Assembly: GCA_947471105.1 (NCBI GenBank)
Contig: CANIYB010000001.1
Location: 1-36,540 of the forward strand
Direction: 5' to 3'
DNA: 36,540 nucleotides
Source: Cytophagaceae bacterium
GTDB lineage: Bacteria; Bacteroidota; Bacteroidia; Cytophagales; Spirosomataceae
Numbering within the stretch: the stretch's first letter is position 1; every line of letters begins with the position of its first letter. The notes beneath the pieces were generated by a model, which was not told where the DNA came from, did not search any database, and was given only the letters and a program-made list of their open reading frames with translations. Below are positions 9,489 to 18,680 of this stretch, piece by piece. Made by a program: the position numbers and the translations under genes.

Positions 9489-11204
9489 TTAATGTGAATC
9501 TCTTGTTACTTTTGAACCTGAACCACCCTTTAAAAAATCAAAATCGGCTCCCACATGTGCTTGCTCGACGCGGTCAATAAACAATCCCACATAACCTCTT
9601 ATTTGCTTAACAGGAACAAACGGATTTGCTACTTTTCTTTTGGCTAATTCTTCATCACTAACTTCCCAATGAATGCTTCGATTGTTTAGGTCTAATTGAA
9701 TAAAATCTCCATTTTCAACCCAATTCAATGGTCCACCAGCTGCAGATTCAGGACTTACGTGTAAAATAACAGTTCCATACCCTGTGCCACTCATTCGACC
9801 ATCCGAAATTCTGACCATGTCTTTTACTCCTTTTTCTAATAATTTTTTAGGAATACCCATATTACCCACTTCGGCCATACCCGGATAACCTTTGGGACCT
9901 ACATTTTTCAAAACCATCACTGAGTTTTCGTCAATATCTAAATCAGGCAAGTCAATTCTAGCATGATAATCTTCTATATTTTCAAATACAACCGCTTTTC
10001 CTCTATGTTTAAACAACGATAAAGAAGCTGCTGAAGGTTTAACAACCGCTCCATTCGGAGCTAAATTTCCTCTAACTACTGCTATTCCTGAATCTAATTT
10101 AAAAGGCTCTTCGAAAGTTGAAATAATATTACTGTCGTAAATAGGTGTATTTTCAATGTTTTCACCAACTGTTTTGCCATTCACTGTTATAGCATCCGTA
10201 TTCAGAAACTTTTTCATTTGATTCATTAATGCCGGTAAGCCCCCAGCATAATATAAATCTTCCATGAAATGTTCCCCTGAGGGTTGTATATTAGCTAATA
10301 AAGGGATTTGTCTAGAAAATTTATCAAAATCATTTAAATCTAATTCTACTCCAATTCTACCTGCAATTGCTAGTAAATGAATTACGAAATTAGTTGATCC
10401 ACCAGTAGCCGCATTAACCCGAATGGCATTTTCAAAAGCTTGTCGCGTTAAAACTTTTGAAATTTTCTGATCCTCATTAACCATTTCCACGATGCGCCTA
10501 CCCGAATTTTGGGCTAGGACTTTTCTTCGCACATCGGCAGCTGGAATAGCTGCATTTTGTGGTAAACTTAATCCTAAAGCTTCCACCATAGTAGCCATAG
10601 TGGAAGCCGTACCCATTACGGCACAATGTCCAGGAGTTCTTGCCATACAAGCCTCAGCTTCGACAAATTCCTTTTGAGTTAATTCACCTAATTTATACGC
10701 TTCAGCAAATCTCCATACATCAGAGGTGCCAATATCTTTACCTTTAAATTTTCCTTTCATCATAGGCCCCCCTGAAATAACTAAAGTAGGCAAATCAACA
10801 CTGCAAGCACCCATCACTAAAGAAGGAGTGGTTTTATCACATCCACACATTAGCACAACCCCATCGATCGGATTAGCTCGAATGGATTCTTCAACATCCA
10901 TACTGGCCAAATTACGATATAACATGGCAGTTGGCTTAATTAACGTTTCACCCAAAGACATAACGGGAAACTCTACAGGAAATCCTCCAGCTTCAATAAC
11001 ACCTTTTTTAACAAATTCTGCGAGTTCTCTAAAATGAGCATTACATGGTGTTAATTCAGACCATGTATTACAAATACCAATGACGGGTTTGCCTTGAAAA
11101 TAATCATCAGGAATACCCTGATTTTTCATCCAGGCTCTATAAATAAAACCATCTTTACCAGTTTTACCGAACCATTGTTGCGAGCGTAAATTTTCTTTAT
11201 TCAT
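9489..11204 (-). CDS. IlvD/Edd-family [2Fe-2S] sugar-acid dehydratase (L-arabinonate/D-xylonate dehydratase type)
   Basis: NTWSELTPCNAH, GCDKTTP, GHCAVMGTAS, SDGRMSGT, and C-terminal RDSH typical of pentonate dehydratases. ATG 11204 preferred to TTG 11210. Confidence 0.88.
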   Translation of the reverse strand: MNKENLRSQQWFGKTGKDGFIYRAWMKNQGIPDDYFQGKPVIGICNTWSELTPCNAHFRELAEFVKKGVIEAGGFPVEFPVMSLGETLIKPTAMLYRNLASMDVEESIRANPIDGVVLMCGCDKTTPSLVMGACSVDLPTLVISGGPMMKGKFKGKDIGTSDVWRFAEAYKLGELTQKEFVEAEACMARTPGHCAVMGTASTMATMVEALGLSLPQNAAIPAADVRRKVLAQNSGRRIVEMVNEDQKISKVLTRQAFENAIRVNAATGGSTNFVIHLLAIAGRIGVELDLNDFDKFSRQIPLLANIQPSGEHFMEDLYYAGGLPALMNQMKKFLNTDAITVNGKTVGENIENTPIYDSNIISTFEEPFKLDSGIAVVRGNLAPNGAVVKPSAASLSLFKHRGKAVVFENIEDYHARIDLPDLDIDENSVMVLKNVGPKGYPGMAEVGNMGIPKKLLEKGVKDMVRISDGRMSGTGYGTVILHVSPESAAGGPLNWVENGDFIQLDLNNRSIHWEVSDEELAKRKVANPFVPVKQIRGYVGLFIDRVEQAHVGADFDFLKGGSGSKVTRDSH

Positions 11205-11850
11205 TTTCAAAGTCTAAGGTTTTTTTTAAAACAAAGCTATTATCCGGACCTAATGAATAATAACAAACTCTAACACCATTTTCTAATTCTGAATATTGGT
11301 CATTATTAAATTGAAAGGATCGAACTATATTAGATTTAACAAAATACAAAGAATCCTTTCCTGCATAACCAAATTCTTGTCTACCCTTTAAATTAGGAAA
11401 ATTTATTAAATTAAAAGAATTTTTATTGTATTCATACCCATATATTTGAAATTTATGAGCGTTATCATCTCCATAAATCCAGAATTCAGGTTGTTGGTTA
11501 TTATTTAAATCTGAGCTTAATAGATTTTTTATCTTAAAATTTTTTATTTTTTTTTCAAAGACCAACTCATGACTTTTGAATATTTGAAAATTGACAAAAT
11601 CATTCTTTATCTCAGCCTTAGCCTCAAAATCTTCTACTTGAGTTAAATAAACAGGGGATACGTGTTCAATTGTATCCAATGGGAGTTTCATATTTGAAAT
11701 AGAATCCATTGCTGTATTAACTATTTTTTCATCATTGAAATCATATGTTACTTTATCATTATCCGTTAGATCTTGATTAATGATGAAATAAATCAGAAAT
11801 ATAAGAAGGCAAATAATTCCAATAAATAAGAAAGATTTAATGTGTCTCAT
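11197..11850 (-). CDS. Membrane-anchored hypothetical protein with PliI-like (lysozyme inhibitor) C-terminal domain
   Basis: N-terminal TM helix; DLNNNQQPEFWIY, GYAGKDSLYFVKSNIVRSF and GVRVCYYSL resemble Bacteroidota PliI-like proteins (from memory). Overlaps both neighbours. Confidence 0.55.
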   Translation of the reverse strand: MRHIKSFLFIGIICLLIFLIYFIINQDLTDNDKVTYDFNDEKIVNTAMDSISNMKLPLDTIEHVSPVYLTQVEDFEAKAEIKNDFVNFQIFKSHELVFEKKIKNFKIKNLLSSDLNNNQQPEFWIYGDDNAHKFQIYGYEYNKNSFNLINFPNLKGRQEFGYAGKDSLYFVKSNIVRSFQFNNDQYSELENGVRVCYYSLGPDNSFVLKKTLDFENE

Positions 11851-12988
11851 CGATTGTTTTCTTCATGATCATAATAGCCTTTTCCAACGACTTTTTTGTG
11901 CAAGCAATATTAACCCGAATGAAATTTTTACCTAAAAATTGATCTCCTCGCAAAACATGTAAGCCATTTTCAAATAACCTTTTTTGGAAATCACCTAATA
12001 TGTTTGAGTCATATTGTATCCAAGCTAAATAAGTAGCTTCCAATGGTAACATCTTCAAACCACTCATTTTATTTGCAAATGAAAAAAGTAAATCATGATT
12101 ACTTCTTAAATATACAAGCAAAGAATCCAACCATACATGACTCATTGTTAAGCTAGTTTGCATAATTTCAATACTGTTTCTTGATAGCATTGGAAAAATT
12201 CCTTGGGAATGTTTTAAGAATTTCTCCCTAACTTCTGCATTAGGAATAATGGCTACCGCGCCACCCATTCCAGCTGTATTATAGGTTTTTGATGTAGCGA
12301 AAAATGTAATAGCAGGAAAATCAATGGGAATATACTTGCCTATGCTAATGTGTTTAACACTAGTTTGCAAAAGTAAATCAGCATGAATTTCATCTGATAA
12401 GATCATGCAATCATATTGTTTGCATAAATCAATGATACGAGCTATTTCATCAACATTAAACACAGTACCGCCTGGATTGTGTGGATTACAGAATAAAAAA
12501 ACGCCAGGACCTTTTTTTAATTGATTTTCAAATTCGATGAAATCATACACCCATCGACCCTCTTTTTCAACCATATTAAATGTTAAAAGTGATCTATCGA
12601 CCCATTTACCAACTAAATGAAACGGGTGATATACGGGAATTGGAGTTAAAATACTTTGCGAAGTTGAAACAAAAGTAGAACAGGCTAAGGTTAATCCAGG
12701 TACTATTCCTGGAATCCACACTTGCCAATCAACTTGTGTATCCCAATCATAAACTTCTTTAATTTTTTTTTGGTAGGCCAGTTTTAATGTTTCCGGTACA
12801 ATGGAATAACCAATTACTCCATGATCATTTATATTTTTAATCGTATCGATTAACTCATCAGCAATACGAAAATCCATATCAGCCACAGGCATAGGCAGCA
12901 TATCTCGACCTTCGTACATTGGGTTATCCCACTTAAAGCTATTGGTATTTTTGCGATCTATTTCTTGATCAAAATTATAAGTCGACAT
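11837..12988 (-). CDS. MalY/PatB family PLP-dependent C-S lyase (cystathionine beta-lyase-like)
   Basis: KWD, PMPVADMDF, CNPHNPGG, SDEIHAD, SKTYNTAG, EATYLAW. Confidence 0.88.
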   Translation of the reverse strand: MSTYNFDQEIDRKNTNSFKWDNPMYEGRDMLPMPVADMDFRIADELIDTIKNINDHGVIGYSIVPETLKLAYQKKIKEVYDWDTQVDWQVWIPGIVPGLTLACSTFVSTSQSILTPIPVYHPFHLVGKWVDRSLLTFNMVEKEGRWVYDFIEFENQLKKGPGVFLFCNPHNPGGTVFNVDEIARIIDLCKQYDCMILSDEIHADLLLQTSVKHISIGKYIPIDFPAITFFATSKTYNTAGMGGAVAIIPNAEVREKFLKHSQGIFPMLSRNSIEIMQTSLTMSHVWLDSLLVYLRSNHDLLFSFANKMSGLKMLPLEATYLAWIQYDSNILGDFQKRLFENGLHVLRGDQFLGKNFIRVNIACTKKSLEKAIMIMKKTIDETH

Positions 12989-13780
12989 TTATCTATTGGG
13001 TCTGTAAATTTGAAATCCTTTTATTTTTTTATTTTTCAATAAGTATTGATCGATGGTCACATCAGAAATGCATACCACTTTTTTTTCCTGAGAAGCATGT
13101 AAGATATACTTTTTATTATTTTTAAAATAAACAAATCCCACATGCTTAAAATCCAAATCATTACGTGAAGATACAAAGGCTATGACATCCCCATTTTGAA
13201 TTAAGTTATTTGTATCAGAATCGTTCATTGAATCAAAGTAATATATAGGCCGATTGCTAATTGAATTTTCTATTTTCTTCAACTTATCTTTATCTATATA
13301 TTTACTATTTACATGTTCAGATAAATAATCTATTTTTTTAAAAACGGATTTTGAGTTGAACGGATTATTAATAGGAGTAAGTAATTTGAGTTTAACTAGC
13401 TTTTCTAGGCCAGAAGTTAAATAATGATTTCTGTTTTCATAGCTGATGGAATCATTGTATCGGATCTTAATAAGGTTATCGCTAAACTGGATAGGATTTC
13501 CCTTAGAATGATACAAGGCTAATACGTTTTCTACATAAGTAACACAATCAAAATCGCCAAATGAGAAATATACTTTTTCAGGGTTTGATGCAGATAATCG
13601 ATTAGCTAAATAAGGGGCTCCGATAAAATATTGACCAATCAGATTGGGAGATTTTAATGAAAGGCTTTTTTCTATTGCCAACTTCAACTTATTGGGTATT
13701 ACCTTAAATGATTGCGCTTCCAGAAAATATCCGGGAACCCAAACCACAATAAACATCATGATAAAGCCTAGTTTTTTCAT
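12989..13780 (-). CDS. DUF1460 / NlpC-P60-like N-acetylmuramoyl-L-alanine amidase, exported
   Basis: Signal-like N-terminus; GAPY, FDCVTYVENVLAL (catalytic Cys), RNHY, GDVIAF, HVG, HAS. Confidence 0.8.
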   Translation of the reverse strand: MKKLGFIMMFIVVWVPGYFLEAQSFKVIPNKLKLAIEKSLSLKSPNLIGQYFIGAPYLANRLSASNPEKVYFSFGDFDCVTYVENVLALYHSKGNPIQFSDNLIKIRYNDSISYENRNHYLTSGLEKLVKLKLLTPINNPFNSKSVFKKIDYLSEHVNSKYIDKDKLKKIENSISNRPIYYFDSMNDSDTNNLIQNGDVIAFVSSRNDLDFKHVGFVYFKNNKKYILHASQEKKVVCISDVTIDQYLLKNKKIKGFQIYRPNR

Positions 13781-15489
13781 GAAATTGCTTTAAATATTAA
13801 TGCACTATTGGGCGGAATCTCTACAAATATTTTATCTGAAATTTCGTCGTTTTTATATTCAATGGTAGGAGGGGTGAACATATTTTCAATCTTCCATTTT
13901 AAATTATATTTATTCATTAATTCAAACGCTAAATCCGGAATGACAATTTCTAATTGGAAATTCTCCGAAGTGTGAAAATTAATTACAAACAACAATTGTT
14001 CATCATTTGTATATCGTAAATAAGCGTACACATATTTACTTGGATAGTTTTCTCTCTGTACATATTGTAAATCAAAAAATTGACCCATTTGTACTGCATT
14101 TGAATTTTTGACAAAATTAAATAGTTGTTGATAAAAATGATCTATTTCAATCTCCTGACTTGTCAATAAATCATGATTGAATTTTCCATGATTAAACCAT
14201 CTTTGATGCGAATCCACCCGCCAGAAATCAAACATAGTCGTACGATCATCTGCATCATTAAAGCCTTCGATTTCATTTGCTTTTTCGCCAAATTCTTGAC
14301 CAAAATAGATCATGAATGGTCCTCCATGCAATGTTGAAGTAATCAACATGGCTGGAATTGATGACCAAATATTATGGGCTGCAAAACCTGAAGAATTAAT
14401 TCTAGTTTCATCATGATTTTCTAAAAATCTTAACATTTTATTAGAAAATTCACCGGATTCCTGCTGCCAAACTTGAGTAATTAAACTAGTATGCGCCTCA
14501 CTTTTTTGTTCCATTAAACTCCTTAATGAATCGTACAAACCCACCTTATCATAAAGGTAATCAAAGTGTCCCTTGTAGATATAATCAGCATATAAACTTG
14601 GCTGATAGATTTCAGCAATAAAAATTAGATCAGGATTAATCTCTTTTATTTTAGGAATAACAAAAGCCCAAAATTCCACAGGAACCATTTCAGCCATATC
14701 GCAACGAAAACCATCTACACCCAAATTTGTCCAATAGGTTAAAACTTCCAACATTTTATACCAAGTGTCTGGTATGGGATCAAAGTGAATATGGCCATTA
14801 TTATGATAATCGATCCCGTAATTTAATTTAACCGTTTCGAACCAATCGTGAATAGTGGGTTGTGAAGAAAATACATTATTTCCACTTGCTTTAGCTGGTA
14901 TTTCCACATATGCTTGAATATTGGATTCAATTTCACCATTATTAGGTACAATAAATTGTGTCCCAGGCAAATAATAAAAATTGTTTTGAGGTGAAAAATC
15001 GACATCTTTTCGATCATTAAAACCGAAATCATTTACCCCATCAGGTTTTTTGTCAGATTGATAATTTCTGGCTAAATGGTTAGGAACAAAATCCAGTATT
15101 ATTTTTAATTTATTTTCATGAATTCGATCAACCATTAAATTGAACTCATCTAAGCGATTTTCAGGATTATTGGCCAAAAAAGGATTTACATCATAATAAT
15201 CTTTGATGGCAAAAGGAGACCCACAACTTCCTTTGACAATAGAAGGGTGATCTAACGTACACCCATAGTCTGAATAATCTTCTTTTGTGGCGTGTTCGAT
15301 AATTCCAGTGGTATACAAATGGGTAAAACCCTTATCATGTAAAATAATTAATGCCTTGTTTGAAACATCAATAAATTTAGTTGTACCATTTGTGGTTGAA
15401 TGACCATTCTTTTGAGGATTTGTTACCGTATTTCCCCAAAGATGAAACATCATCTGATAAATGATCAATTTATTTGATTCGTTTGACAT
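13777..15489 (-). CDS. GH13 alpha-amylase family glycoside hydrolase, cytoplasmic
   Basis: GSPFAIKDYY, LDFVPNH, DGFRCDMAE (nucleophile D), FIAEIY (acid/base E), FLENHDE. Confidence 0.9.
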   Translation of the reverse strand: MSNESNKLIIYQMMFHLWGNTVTNPQKNGHSTTNGTTKFIDVSNKALIILHDKGFTHLYTTGIIEHATKEDYSDYGCTLDHPSIVKGSCGSPFAIKDYYDVNPFLANNPENRLDEFNLMVDRIHENKLKIILDFVPNHLARNYQSDKKPDGVNDFGFNDRKDVDFSPQNNFYYLPGTQFIVPNNGEIESNIQAYVEIPAKASGNNVFSSQPTIHDWFETVKLNYGIDYHNNGHIHFDPIPDTWYKMLEVLTYWTNLGVDGFRCDMAEMVPVEFWAFVIPKIKEINPDLIFIAEIYQPSLYADYIYKGHFDYLYDKVGLYDSLRSLMEQKSEAHTSLITQVWQQESGEFSNKMLRFLENHDETRINSSGFAAHNIWSSIPAMLITSTLHGGPFMIYFGQEFGEKANEIEGFNDADDRTTMFDFWRVDSHQRWFNHGKFNHDLLTSQEIEIDHFYQQLFNFVKNSNAVQMGQFFDLQYVQRENYPSKYVYAYLRYTNDEQLLFVINFHTSENFQLEIVIPDLAFELMNKYNLKWKIENMFTPPTIEYKNDEISDKIFVEIPPNSALIFKAIS

Positions 15490-15594
15490 TAATTAAATAG
15501 AAATCTATAGATATTATTCTACAAAGATTTAAATATATTAAGCGATGTAAACTTAAAAAAACAGAACTAGATAAAACCATTGGCCTATACCCAA

Positions 15595-16593
15595 TTATTT
15601 AATCAAGTCGATATCCGGGGTTGATTGATCTACTAAAGAAACTCCACCTCGGTCTTTTCTAGCAATTCTTGAATAAAGACCTATTTCTTGGCTAAACAGA
15701 AAAGTGAAAAATAACTTCACAAAAGAGGTATGGTAATGTAAATTATTATAAAATTCTGGAGCTATATTTTTCAACTTTGGCAAATTGTTCCAAGGAATTG
15801 ATGGCATATCATGATGTTCATTATGGTAACCTACATTCATATTAATTGAATTTAAGCCTCCATAATAACTAAATGTTTCTTGTTTTTTATCTAAAACTAA
15901 AAAGTGTTCTTGTATCCACCTAGCACCCAGCGGATGAAGTCCCACAGAAAATAGAAAACTAAACCCTAGATAAGCTAAAGCTGACCAACCCCAAAAATAA
16001 ACTATGGCAGCATCGAAAATAAGTTGGACCACAATGTTCATAATCACATATCGGTCTATAATAGCTAATTCAATGCAACGATAAGTACGAATTCCCTGAA
16101 AAAATGGAAATAATAGTAACCATATCATTTTACCAATAAAAAAATTATTAATCAATTTAGCTTCCCAATAATCTGGCAAATCAGCATCGAGCTCATGGAC
16201 ACCTTGAAAAGCATGATGTTTTAAATGAAAGTTTTTGAAAGAAATAGCCGTTGGCGCCAAAGAAGGGAGATTAGCTATGATCCCCGCAAAAACATTCCAA
16301 GATTTTTTTCTATAAATTAAATTATGAGCGGATTCATGAATACAAACAAATAAGGTATGTACAGGGAAAGCTCCAATAAACCAAGCCGTACCTACAATGA
16401 TCCACCAAGAATAATCTTTGATAAAAAAGGCAATTGTAATTTGCAAAAACACACAAGCTAAAATCCAATACATGGTATTAGGATTCTTGCCAATTAATTT
16501 TTTTACTTCAGGATGTTTTTTAATTATTTCACGAGTTCTACTACGATGAGGTTCAGCCTCATCAACCCAAATAAAATCATTCCTTTCCTCCAT
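15595..16593 (-). CDS. Sphingolipid delta-4 desaturase/C4-hydroxylase-like membrane desaturase (DES1/DEGS family)
   Basis: N-terminal Lipid_DES-like DFIWVDEAEPHRSRTREIIKKHPEVKKL; His boxes HESAH, HLKHH, HNEHH; GLHP..A..IQEH; ETFSYYG.LN...NVGYHNEHHD.P.IPW..LP. Confidence 0.85.
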   Translation of the reverse strand: MEERNDFIWVDEAEPHRSRTREIIKKHPEVKKLIGKNPNTMYWILACVFLQITIAFFIKDYSWWIIVGTAWFIGAFPVHTLFVCIHESAHNLIYRKKSWNVFAGIIANLPSLAPTAISFKNFHLKHHAFQGVHELDADLPDYWEAKLINNFFIGKMIWLLLFPFFQGIRTYRCIELAIIDRYVIMNIVVQLIFDAAIVYFWGWSALAYLGFSFLFSVGLHPLGARWIQEHFLVLDKKQETFSYYGGLNSINMNVGYHNEHHDMPSIPWNNLPKLKNIAPEFYNNLHYHTSFVKLFFTFLFSQEIGLYSRIARKDRGGVSLVDQSTPDIDLIK

Positions 16594-16612
16594 GATAATT
16601 TATTAAATATTA

Positions 16613-16620
16613 CAAATATA
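16613..16620 (-). promoter_or_regulatory. Bacteroidota sigmaA -7 element for the desaturase gene
   Basis: TATATTTG on the - strand matches TAnnTTTG, about 20 nt upstream of ATG 16593. Confidence 0.6.
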
Positions 16621-16659
16621 ATAAGAGAAATATACTTTATTCTATATTCATAAACTATG

Positions 16660-16672
16660 TGACAATATGTCA
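16660..16672. promoter_or_regulatory. Palindromic operator/activator-like site TGACA-N3-TGTCA upstream of dnaK
   Basis: Perfect inverted repeat tgaca-ata-tgtca in the desaturase/dnaK intergenic region. Confidence 0.5.
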
Positions 16673-16695
16673 GAAATTAATGAACAATGTTATTA

Positions 16696-16710
16696 TGGCA
16701 CTATCCTTGT
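16696..16710 (+). promoter_or_regulatory. sigma54-like -24/-12 promoter for dnaK
   Basis: TGGCAC-TATCC-TTGT has GG-N10-GT spacing versus consensus TGGCAC-N5-TTGC (one mismatch), 31 nt before the ATG. Confidence 0.45.
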
Positions 16711-16741
16711 AGAATGTGGGCGAAATTAAATAAAATTAATC

Positions 16742-18628
16742 ATGGGAAAAATTATTGGAATTGATTTAGGTACCACCAACTCATGTGTGGCGGTTATGGA
16801 AGGTAGCGAGGCTGTTGTAATTGCGAATTCTGAAGGACGAAGAACAACACCTTCAATCGTTGCATTTTTGGAAAATGGTGAACGCAAAGTAGGGGATCCT
16901 GCTAAGCGACAAGCTATTACAAATCCACAAAATACGATTTCATCAGTAAAAAGATTTATGGGTAAAAAATACTCCGAAGTAAGTTCAGAGTTAAAAACTA
17001 TTTCATATTCAGTTGAACAAGGAAATAACGATACGCCAAGAGTAAGAATCGGCGATCGTCTTTATACACCTCAAGAAATATCTGCTCAGATTTTGACTAA
17101 AATGAAGCAGACAGCTGAAGATTATTTAGGTCAAACTGTAACAGAAGCCGTTATTACGGTTCCGGCTTATTTTAATGATGCGGAACGTCAAGCCACTAAA
17201 GAAGCAGGACAGATTGCGGGACTTGAAGTAAAACGAATTATAAATGAGCCTACAGCTGCTGCATTAGCATATGGAGTGGATAAAAAAGGACAGGATATGA
17301 AAATAGCTGTCTTTGATTTAGGTGGAGGTACTTTTGACGTATCTATTTTAGAATTAGGAGATGGAGTATTCGAGGTTAAATCGACAGACGGAGATACTCA
17401 TTTAGGTGGAGATGATTTTGATCAAGTCATTATCAATTGGCTTGCAGAAGAATTTATATCAGATGAAAATATAGATCTACGTAAAGATCCGATGGCACTT
17501 CAACGCTTAAAAGAAGCAGCTGAAAAGGCAAAAATCGAATTAAGTTCTAGCGCAAATACGGAAATTAATTTACCTTATATTATGCCTGTAGACGGCATTC
17601 CCAAACATTTAGTTCGTTCATTAACGCGCGCTAAATTTGAACAACTGGCCGACAGTTTAATTCGCCGTACATTAGAACCATGTAAACGTGCCATGAAAAA
17701 CGCTTCTTATTCGAACGCGGATATAGATGAAGTGATTTTGGTAGGTGGGTCAACACGTATTCCAAGAATCCAAGAAGAAGTTGAAAAATTCTTTGGCAAA
17801 AAACCATCTAAGGGAGTTAATCCAGATGAGGTAGTAGCTATTGGAGCAGCTATTCAAGGAGGTGTTTTAACCGGTGAGGTGAAAGATGTATTATTATTAG
17901 ATGTAACACCTTTATCCTTAGGTATTGAAACGATGGGTGGTGTATTCACTAAATTGATCGAATCAAACACTACGATCCCGACAAAAAAATCTGAGACTTT
18001 TTCTACAGCAGCAGATAATCAACCTTCAGTTGAGCTAAATGTATTACAAGGAGAAAGACCAATGGCTAAAGATAACCGTTCCTTAGGCCGTTTCCATTTA
18101 GATGGTTTGCCACCAGCTGCTAGAGGAATTCCTCAAATCGAGGTAACCTTTGATATTGACGCAAATGGAATATTACAAGTTTCAGCAAAAGAAAAAGGTA
18201 CTGGTAAAGAGCAAAAAATTAGAATTGAAGCTTCTAGTGGTTTGACAGATGAAGAAATTGAGAAAATGAGAAATGAGGCAAAAGCAAATGAAGCGACAGA
18301 CAAGATCGAAAAAGATCGCGTTGAGAAAGTCAACCAAGCAGATGCTTTAATTTTTCAGTCTGAAAAACAATTGAAAGAATATGGCGAAAAATTGTCAGAA
18401 GGCAATAAATCAGCCATAGAAGGAGCTTTATCTGAATTGAAAATAGCTCATGCATCTCAAGACTTAACGTCAATCGATTCAGGAATTGAAAAGTTAAATA
18501 CGGCTTGGACTGCGGCTTCGCAAGAAATGTACGCTAATACTCAAGAGGGTGGTGATCAACCATCTCAAAATACAGAAACTCCATCGGATGATTCAGCTGA
18601 AGATGTTGCTTTTGAAGAAGTAAAATAA
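16742..18628 (+). CDS. dnaK: Molecular chaperone DnaK (Hsp70)
   Basis: [42 protein letters not shown]; C-terminal DVAFEEVK. Confidence 0.99.
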   Translation: MGKIIGIDLGTTNSCVAVMEGSEAVVIANSEGRRTTPSIVAFLENGERKVGDPAKRQAITNPQNTISSVKRFMGKKYSEVSSELKTISYSVEQGNNDTPRVRIGDRLYTPQEISAQILTKMKQTAEDYLGQTVTEAVITVPAYFNDAERQATKEAGQIAGLEVKRIINEPTAAALAYGVDKKGQDMKIAVFDLGGGTFDVSILELGDGVFEVKSTDGDTHLGGDDFDQVIINWLAEEFISDENIDLRKDPMALQRLKEAAEKAKIELSSSANTEINLPYIMPVDGIPKHLVRSLTRAKFEQLADSLIRRTLEPCKRAMKNASYSNADIDEVILVGGSTRIPRIQEEVEKFFGKKPSKGVNPDEVVAIGAAIQGGVLTGEVKDVLLLDVTPLSLGIETMGGVFTKLIESNTTIPTKKSETFSTAADNQPSVELNVLQGERPMAKDNRSLGRFHLDGLPPAARGIPQIEVTFDIDANGILQVSAKEKGTGKEQKIRIEASSGLTDEEIEKMRNEAKANEATDKIEKDRVEKVNQADALIFQSEKQLKEYGEKLSEGNKSAIEGALSELKIAHASQDLTSIDSGIEKLNTAWTAASQEMYANTQEGGDQPSQNTETPSDDSAEDVAFEEVK

Positions 18629-18646
18629 AAGCATTTCTAATGTGTT

Positions 18647-18680
18647 AAAAGGTTCCTCTAAAAAAGGAACCTTTTTTTTT
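18647..18680. terminator. Bidirectional intrinsic terminator between dnaK and the DUF3050 gene
   Basis: AAAAGGTTCCT-ctaaaaa-AGGAACCTTTT hairpin with a long T run on + and a shorter one on -, between convergent genes. Confidence 0.85.

Noticed and set aside
9489-11204. Annotation as ilvD (branched-chain amino acid synthesis)
   Set aside because: NTWSELTPCN and C-terminal RDSH motifs and the sugar context fit pentonate dehydratases better, and no ilv genes are nearby.
11837-15489. GH13-DUF1460-PatB as a maltose regulon (MalY-like) or one functional system
   Set aside because: No transporter or regulator supports it; the mixed functions are more simply explained by operon packing in a compact genome.
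15490-15594. Possible sRNA, terminator or promoter in the GH13-desaturase spacer (ATCTATAGAT palindrome; AATCTTTG near-match on the - strand)
   Set aside because: Only short AT-rich symmetry, no GC stem with U-tract, and the promoter match misses the conserved first T.
16742-18628. dnaK without grpE/dnaJ as an anomaly
   Set aside because: A solitary dnaK is common in Bacteroidota.
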